Assembly (NCBI GenBank): GCA_049512075.1
Contig: JBEKXL010000006.1
Location: 1 to 64,000 of the forward strand
Direction of reading: 5' to 3'
Source: Candidatus Bathyarchaeia archaeon
GTDB lineage: Archaea; Thermoproteota; Bathyarchaeia; Bathyarchaeales; Bathycorpusculaceae
DNA length: 64,000 bases
Both the position numbers and the translations under genes were made by a program. Below, in pieces: positions 50,194 through 59,137 of the stretch. The notes under the pieces are model-generated. The model saw only the letters and a list, made by a program, of their open reading frames with translations. It made no database searches and was not told the DNA's origin. Numbering within the stretch: the stretch's first letter is position 1; every line of letters begins with the position of its first letter.

Positions 50194-50922
50194 CTAGCTG
50201 CGCTGGTAATATTTCTTAACCCTTAGTCTGTATGCGACTTCAACCATGTCTCTACTCATTCTGAGGATTTCCTTAAAGCCTACCATGCTTTCAACATGAA
50301 CATTAACGGGCAACTCGACGATCTTGAAACCAGCGTGATTGCACGCGGACATCATTTCCAAGTCAAAGGCATAACGTTCCACCAGAAACTTGGGTGCCAT
50401 TCTTTCAAACACTGTCCGCCTGAACGCTTTCAATCCAGTCTGAGTGTCTCTCAGTTTTATTCCTGTGAGCAATCTGGAAAGTGCGTTGAATCCGAAACTC
50501 AGAACTTTCCGTTTGGACGTCATCACCGTGCGTGACTTGGGGTTCCACTTTGAGGCAACAGCAATGTCATTCGTCTTTAAGGCTTCAACGTAGTTGGGAA
50601 TCAACTGAGGGTCAACGTCCAAGTCACTGTCTATCGCCACGACGAATTTGCCTTGTGTGTGTGCAAAACCCGTCCTTATGGCGGCGCCCTTGCCGGCATT
50701 CTTCTTGTAGCCGACGACTTTCAGATGAACATTGTTGTTCTCACGTCTGCACTTGAGAGCTCTCTCCCTGGTGTCGTCTAAACTGCCGTCGTCAACGACT
50801 ACGATTTCATAGTTCCAACCGGTTTTCATCATCACACTATCAACTTTGCCAATGGAGTCCTCTATGACGTCCCCTTCATTATACGCACACAAAATTACAG
50901 ATACATCAATAACATCTTCCAT
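50194..50922 (-). CDS. GT2, polyprenol-phosphate glycosyltransferase-like
   Basis: AYNE, DDGSLD, NAGKGAA, DSD, DTQTGLK, YAFDLE. Confidence 0.88.
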   Translation of the reverse strand: MEDVIDVSVILCAYNEGDVIEDSIGKVDSVMMKTGWNYEIVVVDDGSLDDTRERALKCRRENNNVHLKVVGYKKNAGKGAAIRTGFAHTQGKFVVAIDSDLDVDPQLIPNYVEALKTNDIAVASKWNPKSRTVMTSKRKVLSFGFNALSRLLTGIKLRDTQTGLKAFRRTVFERMAPKFLVERYAFDLEMMSACNHAGFKIVELPVNVHVESMVGFKEILRMSRDMVEVAYRLRVKKYYQRS

Positions 50923-50923
50923 T

Positions 50924-51151
50924 TTACACTCGCTCTCCCAGAGCCTTAGCTCTGATGAAACCCACTGTCTGCAAGACAATGCCGACAGCTAGAAAAGAAT
51001 ACGCAACAATGGCCACGGAGTCAATGATTGGATTGTCTGGGTTTCCTTGAATTAGCAGATAAGCACACGTGAGAACAAGCGCGGCAAAGAGGACTATGAA
51101 CACTGCTCCGGGGTTTACAGCAAGGAACGTTTTGATCTTGGCTAATCTCAT
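50924..51151 (-). CDS. Small two-TM membrane protein
   Basis: Two hydrophobic helices; abuts the GT2 gene. Confidence 0.65.
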   Translation of the reverse strand: MRLAKIKTFLAVNPGAVFIVLFAALVLTCAYLLIQGNPDNPIIDSVAIVAYSFLAVGIVLQTVGFIRAKALGERV

Positions 51152-51443
51152 GTGCTCTTTTGCCTCTTATGAACAACGGTCAATCATTTGACCAACAGAT
51201 TTGGTATCCACATAATATAAAACTTACTTAATGTCTATCGCCATTTTGAGCAGTAAGCCGCAATAGATGAATCGAACAACACTCATAAAGCACTTCTGAC
51301 GTAAGCTATGCACGCAAAATCTGGCCTTGACGTGCGTTCCTTAAACTGTCTGCACAGTCTCGGGTCACAATGAGTGTGAGCGTGTGGTTCCAATAAACTT
51401 TTGTATCACTGATGACTCTAGTGCAGCAAAAAGGACAATCATC

Positions 51444-52511
51444 ATGAGCGCATTGCCCAACGAAAACGTTGAAGTCTCTTCCACGCAGGTTAGTTTTGAG
51501 CAAGTAACCGGCGTGGTCTCGTCTGAGTTTCGGGTCCAAGAAGCTCTGATGGACAATGGCATTCCCACATATTTTCTCGCTCAGCCACAAGAAACAAAAC
51601 AGGCTTTCCTCAGGCTCCTGAGGAAATTGCAACCGATGAATCTGATTGCTCTTCTCCGAAGAATCGATGGAAGAGTGGTTCTGAGAGTTGTCTCACGGCC
51701 AGCTGTCAAACAAAGCAACATCCTGATAAACTGGGCGTTGCTCTTCGCAACCGTAGCGACGACTTTCGTCACAGGCTACCTTCTTTCCTCTGACGTCATC
51801 AACCCTTACGTTGGCGGAGTAGCCTTCACAGCAGCCATGCTGGCAGTGCTTGGGACTCATGAAATGGGCCATAAGATAACTGCTAACAAGAAGGGCATTG
51901 ATGCTACGCCGCCATATTTCATTCCTGGCCCACCCCCATTTGGAACTTTCGGCGCAGTAATCATGCAGAAGTCACTTCCTCCAAACAAAGATGCACTTTT
52001 CGACGTTGGAGCGGACGGCCCTATCGCAGGTTTCTTAGTAGCAATTATCGTCAGCATTTTTGGATTAATGTTGAGCACTCCTTCCCCTCCTTCGGCAAAT
52101 ACGATAGGCGTGCCGGTAGTATGGAATATTCTTGAAGGACTCATGCGAAGTTTGAGCATTTTTCCCAAGGGCCCTGTAGGTTGGGATCTGCTTCTGCACC
52201 CTGTGGCGTTTGCTGGCTGGGTGGGAATGCTCGTCACAACGCTTAACCTGCTGCCTGCAGCCATGCTGGACGGCGGTCACGTGGCACGATCTGTGTTTGG
52301 TGAAAGACTCGGCCTGAGACTTGTCCTTGCCGCCCTGTCAATCGTGTACTTGGCAGTTGAGGGGTTGATTCCGATGGCCTTTTTGGTGCTCCTTATGTTG
52401 TTCTTCAGGCATCCGGGGCCGCTGGATGACGTTTCTGGCCTGTCTGCGGGTAGAAAATTGGTGGCGCTTGGTCTGGTGGGCATATTCATTTTGTGCTTCG
52501 TGCCGCTTTAG
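51444..52511 (+). CDS. Site-2 protease (M50)
   Basis: HEMGH, GTFGAVI, GPIAG, NLLPAAMLDGGH. Confidence 0.92.
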   Translation: MSALPNENVEVSSTQVSFEQVTGVVSSEFRVQEALMDNGIPTYFLAQPQETKQAFLRLLRKLQPMNLIALLRRIDGRVVLRVVSRPAVKQSNILINWALLFATVATTFVTGYLLSSDVINPYVGGVAFTAAMLAVLGTHEMGHKITANKKGIDATPPYFIPGPPPFGTFGAVIMQKSLPPNKDALFDVGADGPIAGFLVAIIVSIFGLMLSTPSPPSANTIGVPVVWNILEGLMRSLSIFPKGPVGWDLLLHPVAFAGWVGMLVTTLNLLPAAMLDGGHVARSVFGERLGLRLVLAALSIVYLAVEGLIPMAFLVLLMLFFRHPGPLDDVSGLSAGRKLVALGLVGIFILCFVPL

Positions 52512-52641
52512 CCGATTTTTTAGGTATTTGTAATCTGTATTTTTGTTGCACATGCAGACAAAAACGTTTATTAAATCTTACGAGACCCTTGTATTCAGTC
52601 CGTCAAAAACAAACGTTCAAAACCTTTGAGGTATATCGACA

Positions 52642-52866
52642 ATGAGAGGGACGCCGATTCTGATTATTTTCTTCTTGATGTTTACTACTGCGTCTTTGTT
52701 GGCTCCCTTTCCCATGTTTCCGGGAAACTTTCTATGTTTCAAGATAGGACCAGCTATAAGCGAATACACTCTGTATTTGAGTGCCGCTTTCAACGGTCTT
52801 TTCTACGGTGCTCTAGTATGGGCGGTCTTTGCTGGAATAAGTAGGAAACTTGAACAAGAGGGTTAG
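52642..52866 (+). CDS. Small membrane protein
   Basis: Two hydrophobic segments; GAGGT upstream. Confidence 0.65.
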   Translation: MRGTPILIIFFLMFTTASLLAPFPMFPGNFLCFKIGPAISEYTLYLSAAFNGLFYGALVWAVFAGISRKLEQEG

Positions 52867-52882
52867 ACGGAAGCTATCGAGG

Positions 52883-53167
52883 TCAAGCTGGTGGTTGTGA
52901 CATGAAGCCCACAAGCTTAATAGTGGTTCTGCATTTCTTGCAGGTCAGCACCAGCTCTTCCAGATCGTCGCCCTTGACTCTGGTCTCAACGATCTCGTAT
53001 GTCGTATCAGTTCCGTCGTCTGGAGATATTACAGACCCACATTTCGGGCATGGAAAAGCTCCGTCTCCATCAATCTTCGTCAAGTCAATCGTGTAAACCA
53101 TGTTTTTATTAACAGCGGCTTTCTTCATCATATCGTCAAGCACACCTTTTTTGATTCTTGTGTCCAT
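52883..53167 (-). CDS. Small zinc-ribbon protein
   Basis: FPCPKCG...LTCKKC. Confidence 0.75.
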   Translation of the reverse strand: MDTRIKKGVLDDMMKKAAVNKNMVYTIDLTKIDGDGAFPCPKCGSVISPDDGTDTTYEIVETRVKGDDLEELVLTCKKCRTTIKLVGFMSQPPA

Positions 53168-53433
53168 GGTTGCTCTTGAGTATATTAACGATTATGAACC
53201 ACTAATCTGTATTAGAACTACATATTGCCTATAAATAGACTCTCATTTCTGCGTCCTTCAAGCAGGCACTCTGCTACTTGATGTACTATAACAAATAGAT
53301 TGCTAACGTGCCTAGGCCTGCGAGAATTGCTCGATGTTGAGGGAGGCAAATGGCAAGTAAGCATAAGAAGATTCAGCAAAAGTTATGAGCCGCGATGGGC
53401 GAACTAGAATAGAACTGTTGAGCGTGTGTTGGC

Positions 53434-54795
53434 TTGGAAGAATTCGATGTGATAGTTGTTGGTGCTGGAACCGCTGGATGCTTGGCAGCAAAAACCACGG
53501 CTGACGCAGGCTTGAAGGTCTGCATGGTAGAGAGAAAGAAGAGCGAGGAGATTGGAGAGAAAGTCTGCGGCGACGCGTTGGGCGAGCATCATCTGAAAGC
53601 CTTGGGTTTGGAGAAGCCGCAGGGCGGTGAACTGGAGAAGCGAATCGAGGGCATCAAGATATATTCACCCGATTTGCGGACGGTCTTCACTATTGAACAT
53701 GAAGATTTTGTCGGTTACTTGCTGAACAGACACCTCTTCGGACAATGGCTGTTGAGAAAAGCGCTGGATGAAGGTTCAAGTCTTCTGGATTCAACACAAT
53801 GTCTGAAACCGATGGTTGAGAAACATTACGTAACAGGCGTCGTGGTCAAAAACCTGAGGACCGGCAAAGATGTCCGATTGAAGAGCAAAATAGTCGTGGA
53901 TGCGAGTGGGTTTATGGCCGTGGTCAGAAAAAAGCTCCCAGAAGAATTGGGAATCGAAAACGACGTTGCAAACGAGGATGTTGAAGCGTGCTATCGCGAA
54001 ATACGGCAGCTCAAGCAGGAAACTGAAAACACAAAGTACTGCGAAATCTATCTGAATCAGAGGGTTAGTCCCGGAGGCTACACTTGGATTTTTCCAAAAG
54101 GCGGAGCGAGAGTCAACGCTGGCCTCGGGATTTGCATGCGAGGCGAGTTTCCGAACCCCAAAAACCAGTTTTACAACCATGTTCTGGCCAGACCCATGTT
54201 TGAGGGATCATTACTCCTAACTGGAGGCGCGTGGTACGACCCCACGCGCAGGCCTCTTGATAACATGGTGGGCAATGGGGTGGCCATAATCGGCGACGCA
54301 GCCTGCCTGGTCAACCCGATTCACGGCGGGGGCATAGGCCCATCAATGCTGAGTGGTCACCTTGTCGGCAAAACCGTCGTCGAGGCCTTCAACAAAGATG
54401 ATTTCAGCAAGAAAGCACTGTGGCCTTACAATTGCAGGTACAAAGAAATGTATGGGGCAAAACAGGCCGGCCTAGACATTTTCCGTTTGCTCCTCCTGAA
54501 GAGTCGCGACGAAGACCTCAACTATGGAATGAACTATCAGCTTCTGAAAGAGGAAGACGTCCTGAAGGCTGGTATGGGCGAAGACTTCCATCTGAACGTT
54601 TCGGAAACTGCAAAACGCGTTTTCAAAGGGCTGAAGAGAATACGGTTCCTGAACAGGCTGCGCCTCACGGTGAACATGATGAGGCAAGTCAAAGCTCACT
54701 ACAAAACGTATCCCGTAATTCCGGAAGGCTTTGAAAAGTGGCGGTTACAGACCGTAACCATGTTTGAAGAAGCCAATTCAAAAATCGTAAAATAG
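53434..54795 (+). CDS. Digeranylgeranylglycerophospholipid reductase (GGR family)
   Basis: DVIVVGAGTAG, KVCG, GGYTWIFPKG, GDAACLVNPIHGGGI. Confidence 0.88.
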   Translation: MEEFDVIVVGAGTAGCLAAKTTADAGLKVCMVERKKSEEIGEKVCGDALGEHHLKALGLEKPQGGELEKRIEGIKIYSPDLRTVFTIEHEDFVGYLLNRHLFGQWLLRKALDEGSSLLDSTQCLKPMVEKHYVTGVVVKNLRTGKDVRLKSKIVVDASGFMAVVRKKLPEELGIENDVANEDVEACYREIRQLKQETENTKYCEIYLNQRVSPGGYTWIFPKGGARVNAGLGICMRGEFPNPKNQFYNHVLARPMFEGSLLLTGGAWYDPTRRPLDNMVGNGVAIIGDAACLVNPIHGGGIGPSMLSGHLVGKTVVEAFNKDDFSKKALWPYNCRYKEMYGAKQAGLDIFRLLLLKSRDEDLNYGMNYQLLKEEDVLKAGMGEDFHLNVSETAKRVFKGLKRIRFLNRLRLTVNMMRQVKAHYKTYPVIPEGFEKWRLQTVTMFEEANSKIVK

Positions 54796-54971
54796 GCCTT
54801 TCTCGCGTCGCGAGTTCTGGCCACTCTCAGTGCTGAGCAGTCAATTCCCGTGCACTCTGGAAAGGTTTATTTTGTTGCTTGATGCTATGATTCAAAGCTG
54901 CTGGCGGATAGACGTCCGCAGGGATGTGGCCGTGAAGGCTGAACCATAAACTAGTGTTAAGGTGGAAACGA

Positions 54972-55550
54972 TTGGCGTACAAATACATTGCTGAGGCATG
55001 GGCTAAGCATGAGAACTCCTATGTTTACGAGCTGATGCGTCAGAGACTGATTGAATGGCGCAGGCAGTCGGTAATAACCCGCATAGAGAAACCGACACGC
55101 TTGGACAAAGCGAGAAAACTGGGTTACAAGGCGAAGCAAGGCTTCGTTTTGGCGCGCGTCCGCATTAGAAGAGGAGGAATGAGGAAGCAGAGGCCTAAAG
55201 CGGGAAGAAGGCCGAAACGGATGGGTGTCAATAAGTTCAAGCCCTCAAAAAGCCTAAGGCTGATCGCCGAAGAAAGAGTTGCAAGGAAGTTTCCCAACCT
55301 TGAGGTTCTGAACTCTTACTGGGTTGGGGAAGACGGCGTTTCAAAATGGTTTGAAGTGATAATGGTTGACCCTCATCATCCAGTGATAAAGGCTGACGAG
55401 AACATCAACTGGATAGGCCAGAAGCAACACCGCAGAAGAGTGTTTAGAAGCCTAACCAGCGCGGGCAAGAAGGTTAGGGCTCTGAGAAGAAGAGGACGCG
55501 GAGCGGAAAAGTTTAGGCCCAGCTTGAAAGCGGGCGCAGGAGGAAAATAG
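54972..55550 (+). CDS. rpl15e: 50S ribosomal protein L15e
   Basis: [37 protein letters not shown]; TTG start giving MAYKY. Confidence 0.97.
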   Translation: MAYKYIAEAWAKHENSYVYELMRQRLIEWRRQSVITRIEKPTRLDKARKLGYKAKQGFVLARVRIRRGGMRKQRPKAGRRPKRMGVNKFKPSKSLRLIAEERVARKFPNLEVLNSYWVGEDGVSKWFEVIMVDPHHPVIKADENINWIGQKQHRRRVFRSLTSAGKKVRALRRRGRGAEKFRPSLKAGAGGK

Positions 55551-55554
55551 TCTC

Positions 55555-55797
55555 ATGACGACAACAAGGCCGAAAGTATTCAAGAACGATGGAAAACAAC
55601 GGTTCGGAAGGGGTTTCAGCCGAGAAGAACTGAAAAAGGCTGGATCAAGCCTGAAAGAAGCCGTAAAGCTCGGCCTACTAGTGGATGATAAGAGAAAAAC
55701 AGGTCACGACGAGAACGTTGAAGCTGCTAAGACCTTTCTGCAGGAGAGGAGACCCGCTTCTAAACCAAAGAAGCCGAGAAGAAAACCTAAAAGCTGA
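55555..55797 (+). CDS. rpl13e: 50S ribosomal protein L13e (short archaeal form)
   Basis: RFGRGFSREELKKAG...VDDKRKT...ENV. Confidence 0.88.
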   Translation: MTTTRPKVFKNDGKQRFGRGFSREELKKAGSSLKEAVKLGLLVDDKRKTGHDENVEAAKTFLQERRPASKPKKPRRKPKS

Positions 55798-55821
55798 TAC
55801 GCGTCAATAGATTCTAGTGAT

Positions 55822-56274
55822 GTGTTTTTGTCTTCCGTGGTTCCGATTGTGTACATTGACTTGCGAGTTTTTGCCCACGCAACGGAGGATTTGGACAGAG
55901 TCCTGAGAGCTGTTCGCAACACTCTGCCACCGGAATCGGCAGATACCGTTACCTTCAAGAAGACGACTTTGACGGGGCATCATGGAAACCCCATAACACT
56001 GTTCGAAGCGCGAATCAAGAACAAAAAGGTGGCTCGGGCCTTTCCTGAGAAGCTGGCTTCAGGCTTAAGCATGGTGGACAAGGAAGCTTTGAACAGCGAA
56101 ATCACGCAGCACTTGGAAAACGGGAACCTGTACATCCGCCTCGACAAGCAATCTGCTTACCTAGGCGAATTTAGGCTTGGCTCCACTGATCCCATCCATC
56201 TGCGAATGCACTTCAGGAAACCCAGTGCAGAAGAAGTGATAGACATCTGTAGAAAATTCGGGTTGCTACCATGA
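55822..56274 (+). CDS. DUF54-type RNA-binding protein of the exosome/RNase P superoperon
   Basis: HATEDLDRV, GHHGNPI, LYIRLDKQSAY. Confidence 0.85.
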   Translation: MFLSSVVPIVYIDLRVFAHATEDLDRVLRAVRNTLPPESADTVTFKKTTLTGHHGNPITLFEARIKNKKVARAFPEKLASGLSMVDKEALNSEITQHLENGNLYIRLDKQSAYLGEFRLGSTDPIHLRMHFRKPSAEEVIDICRKFGLLP

Positions 56275-57002
56275 AACGGGTTTACGCGGATCTACATCTA
56301 TGCATAGATTGTGACAGGATGGAGCACTTTTCACGTGTCGTGAGCAAGGCATCGAAACTCGGTTACACCTTAATTGCTGTTCCGTTCCGAAAGTTCTCCG
56401 AAGAACAGATTCGGCAGGTACGGGAAACCTGTGAGAGAAGCGACGTGGACTTTGCGTCCCGCGTGGATCTGAGGCCGCGTACGCCGGAAGAGCTCATCAG
56501 CTTCTTGCGCAAACTCAGACGAAGATTTGAGATAGTTGCTGTAATGTGCGAATCAAAAAGTGTTGCGAGGCAAGCGGCAAAAGACCGTCGCGTGGACCTT
56601 CTAAACTTTCCTCAACCCGACTTTCGCAGGGGTTTCTTCGATGCGGCTGAAGCTGAATTGGCCTCAAACTGTCTGGCTTCTCTTGAAATAGACGTGAAAC
56701 CGTTGCTAACGTTGGAAGGACCGGCGAGGATTAGGCTTCTGTCGAGCCTACGCCGAGAAGTGGCCACAGCTCGAGAATTTCATGTTCCAGTCGTCATCTC
56801 GAGCGGAGTCTCAGACGAAATGCTGATGCGCAGACCAAGAGAGCTTGCGGCACTAGCCTCACTTTTCGACTTGAGCGGAGTCCAGGCTCGTGAAGCGGTT
56901 TCCAAGAATCCCGCTGCGATAGTCAAAAGGAACAGGGAGAAGCTGGGGTCAAAGTTTGTGGCGCCTGGAATACGAATAATCAGAAGAGGGAAAAACCGTT
57001 GA
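56271..57002 (+). CDS. rnp3: RNase P protein Rpp30
   Basis: YADLH, RQAAKDRRVDLL, VISSG...MRRPREL; position before Pop5. Confidence 0.88.
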   Translation: MKRVYADLHLCIDCDRMEHFSRVVSKASKLGYTLIAVPFRKFSEEQIRQVRETCERSDVDFASRVDLRPRTPEELISFLRKLRRRFEIVAVMCESKSVARQAAKDRRVDLLNFPQPDFRRGFFDAAEAELASNCLASLEIDVKPLLTLEGPARIRLLSSLRREVATAREFHVPVVISSGVSDEMLMRRPRELAALASLFDLSGVQAREAVSKNPAAIVKRNREKLGSKFVAPGIRIIRRGKNR

Positions 57003-57328
57003 AAGTACTGAAACGTCGTTATCTGGCCGTGTCGATGGACTCTCATGAAACGTTAGGTTCCCGCGATTTCATGGATGCTGTCTGGGGTGCTGTTTCGAGG
57101 CTTTTCGGAGAGTACGGTGCAAGCCAAGCTGGCTTAAGCCTGATTGATTATGATGAGACAAAAAAGTTGGCGATTGTTCGCACGGGGCACAAGACGCTTG
57201 AAATGGTTCGAACTGCATTGGCATCAATAAGCCAAATCGGAAAAAAGCCTGTCGCCCTGCACGTTTTGGCGGTTTCAGGGACGATAAAGGCACTTCACAA
57301 GAGACTGGAAGAACATTCAGTTTCCTAG
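56999..57328 (+). CDS. rnp2: RNase P protein Pop5
   Basis: KRRYLAV, LFGEYG, VSGTIKAL. Confidence 0.9.
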   Translation: MKVLKRRYLAVSMDSHETLGSRDFMDAVWGAVSRLFGEYGASQAGLSLIDYDETKKLAIVRTGHKTLEMVRTALASISQIGKKPVALHVLAVSGTIKALHKRLEEHSVS

Positions 57329-57470
57329 CTGCTTTTTCATGTCTTGGATAGCACTCAGCTTTCATTCCCACGCTAGCACACGCTGATCGATGTTTAGCAC
57401 CGATTGACTCGGTTTTTTGGTGCTGGACAATGAAGGGAAAGACTTTATTTGTGGGAGGGTCATCCGATCC

Positions 57471-57539
57471 TCTGGGGGATGATGTAGCCGTCCCAGTCTG
57501 ATTTATGAGATGAAGAACTTATGACGGACAGACCCCGGA
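57471..57539 (+). ncRNA. C/D-box methylation guide sRNA
   Basis: Terminal stem tctgggg/ccccgga; C-like ATGATGT, D' CTGA, C' ATGAAGA, D-like CAGA; two 12-13 nt guides; BRE/TATA-like gaaagactttattt upstream. Confidence 0.75.
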
Positions 57540-57764
57540 TAAAATTTAGTTGTGAAGGTCGGTCATCGCTTTCAGCACTTCCTCTGTCTTGATCGAGAGG
57601 CGAAGGCCGAGGCCATGCCTGTCAGGAAGATGCCGTTTTGTGCTTCTAACATGCGGTGTAAACCTGGACTCGGCAAAGTCCTTGCGCCGGCCGCAATAGA
57701 CAGCACAATGCTCATCAAAGGTGTCTGCTCCTCAACGGCTCTGTCGAATGCGCTGCAGTTGCGC

Positions 57765-58145
57765 TTAGTGGCGCATGCATTCAACCATTCTTGCGCATGT
57801 TAGACAGTCGTCGGGAAAAGGCGTGTTCTTTTGATGTTTGTTTAGGTAACCGACGAAATGTCCGCATTTGACAGCGCCTTCTGGCTCTGTCTTCAGCTTC
57901 CCCAGTCCCATGGGCAAAATTGGGGCTTTTTCTTCATTCTCTTTCGATGACACTCTGAAGCTTTGGACCTTGGTCATGCATCGTGGACATGCGTAGTAGG
58001 TTTGTGTTTGGCCTCCTGTTGAGACTGTTGCCAAGATTGGTCTCTGGAATGTTCTTCCGCACTCGTCGCACGTGAAGTCTTTTTCGCGAGTTTTTTTGGG
58101 GCAGTCTTCTTCGTCAGATTTCCATAGGTCTTGTTCTCTCTGCAT
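57765..58145 (-). CDS. Small Cys-rich zinc-finger protein
   Basis: CDECG, CPRC, CGH, CLTC...EC. Confidence 0.75.
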   Translation of the reverse strand: MQREQDLWKSDEEDCPKKTREKDFTCDECGRTFQRPILATVSTGGQTQTYYACPRCMTKVQSFRVSSKENEEKAPILPMGLGKLKTEPEGAVKCGHFVGYLNKHQKNTPFPDDCLTCARMVECMRH

Positions 58146-58168
58146 TCTGTGTAGCCCCTGAATTCATA

Positions 58169-58190
58169 TATTAAATGTTAATATTTAATA
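58169..58190. promoter_or_regulatory. 22-bp AT-rich palindrome upstream of the zinc-finger gene
   Basis: tattaaatgtt/aatatttaata, one mismatch. Confidence 0.4.
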
Positions 58191-58225
58191 AACCTTGTTG
58201 TTTACGCGTTCAACAAAAAAACACT

Positions 58226-58323
58226 TGGTGGGCCCGCCCGGATTCGAACCGGGGATCTTCGCCGCTTCCTCCAGCATTTGAACTGCGTGAGGGCGACGTC
58301 CTAGCCAGCTAGACTACGAGCCC
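58226..58323 (-). tRNA. tRNA-Val(CAC) with 21-nt anticodon-loop intron (58265-58285)
   Basis: GGGCTCG/CGGGCCC acceptor stem, TCGCC/GGCGA anticodon stem, TTCGAAT T-loop, encoded CCA. Confidence 0.93.
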
Positions 58324-58435
58324 TCCTAGACTTTCTATGAGGCACCTAAACCCTGCGGATTCAGGTTCTGAAATAAGTATTCCAGCTTCATAAAACCTTT
58401 CCTTAAGAGCTTTGAACAGGAGAGATGTGAGCAAC

Positions 58436-58561
58436 ATGAGCCTTTTTTACAGTGATAGAAAATTTGACGAGGAGCAGAGGATTGACAAGGTTTTTTTGAC
58501 TTTGTTCTTTTTGGTGTCAGCTGTCGTTGGCTATGGGATAATTCATTTTCTGCATTTCTAG
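58436..58561 (+). CDS. 41-aa single-TM micro-protein (absent from ORF track)
   Basis: MSLFYSDRKFDEEQRIDKVFLTLFFLVSAVVGYGIIHFLHF; AGGAGA upstream. Confidence 0.45.
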   Translation: MSLFYSDRKFDEEQRIDKVFLTLFFLVSAVVGYGIIHFLHF

Positions 58562-58749
58562 TCGTTTCTCAAAATCCTTGTCGACTGCTCTCTGGCATTT
58601 TTGAGTCACAGAATCGGAATCACGTATTCCCAAAATCGGTCTAATGGTCCCCCACCTTCAGCCTACACTGTAAACAAAAAAGGTTGGTGAAACTTGTGAA
58701 ACAATGTGTCATAAACCTTTTAAGTGGTCATGTTCACTCTGATTTAATC

Positions 58750-58829
58750 AGAGGTGCAAGTAGAACACTTATAAGGTGATTCTTTCCCCTTCTCCCTCGT
58801 ATAGAAAGAGGAAACAAGCTTGCACCTCT
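58750..58829 (+). ncRNA. Candidate structured sRNA
   Basis: Perfect 11-bp closing stem agaggtgcaag/cttgcacctct, two internal hairpins, TATA-like ttttaag at 58718-58724, pyrimidine tail. Confidence 0.45.
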
Positions 58830-58895
58830 CTCTTCTAGTAATTCAATTCAGAAAACTTAAAAGCACACTTGCCTTTCTTTTGAACTACTACCGTT

Positions 58896-59001
58896 GCCGA
58901 GGTAGCTCAGCCTGGGAGAGCGCTCGACTCAACGCATCCGTGCTTTGGGGGCGAAGCTGAAGACCGAGTCGTCGCCGGTTCAAACCCGGCCCTCGGCACC
59001 A
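58896..59001 (+). tRNA. tRNA-Phe(GAA) with 29-nt non-canonical intron at 30/31 (58927-58955)
   Basis: GCCGAGG/CCTCGGC acceptor stem; removing the intron restores CTCGG-CTGAAGA-CCGAG; clean BHB motif; encoded CCA. Confidence 0.93.
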
Positions 59002-59137
59002 ATGAGCCCAATTTATTCTTGATGTGTGAGAACAAGCTCATTTTGTTCTAATCGCTGAAATTCGATGTTATGAAATCCTTTGGTCATACGTTGAGAAGAA
59101 ACAGCGAGAGCATGAAGGAGAAATTCTTGAATGAAGG

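Noticed and set aside
51310-51350. gtgcgttccttaaactgt at the right edge of the glycosylation island, resembling the 42900/43109 inverted repeat
   Set aside because: Similarity is short and gapped; insufficient to call a paired att site
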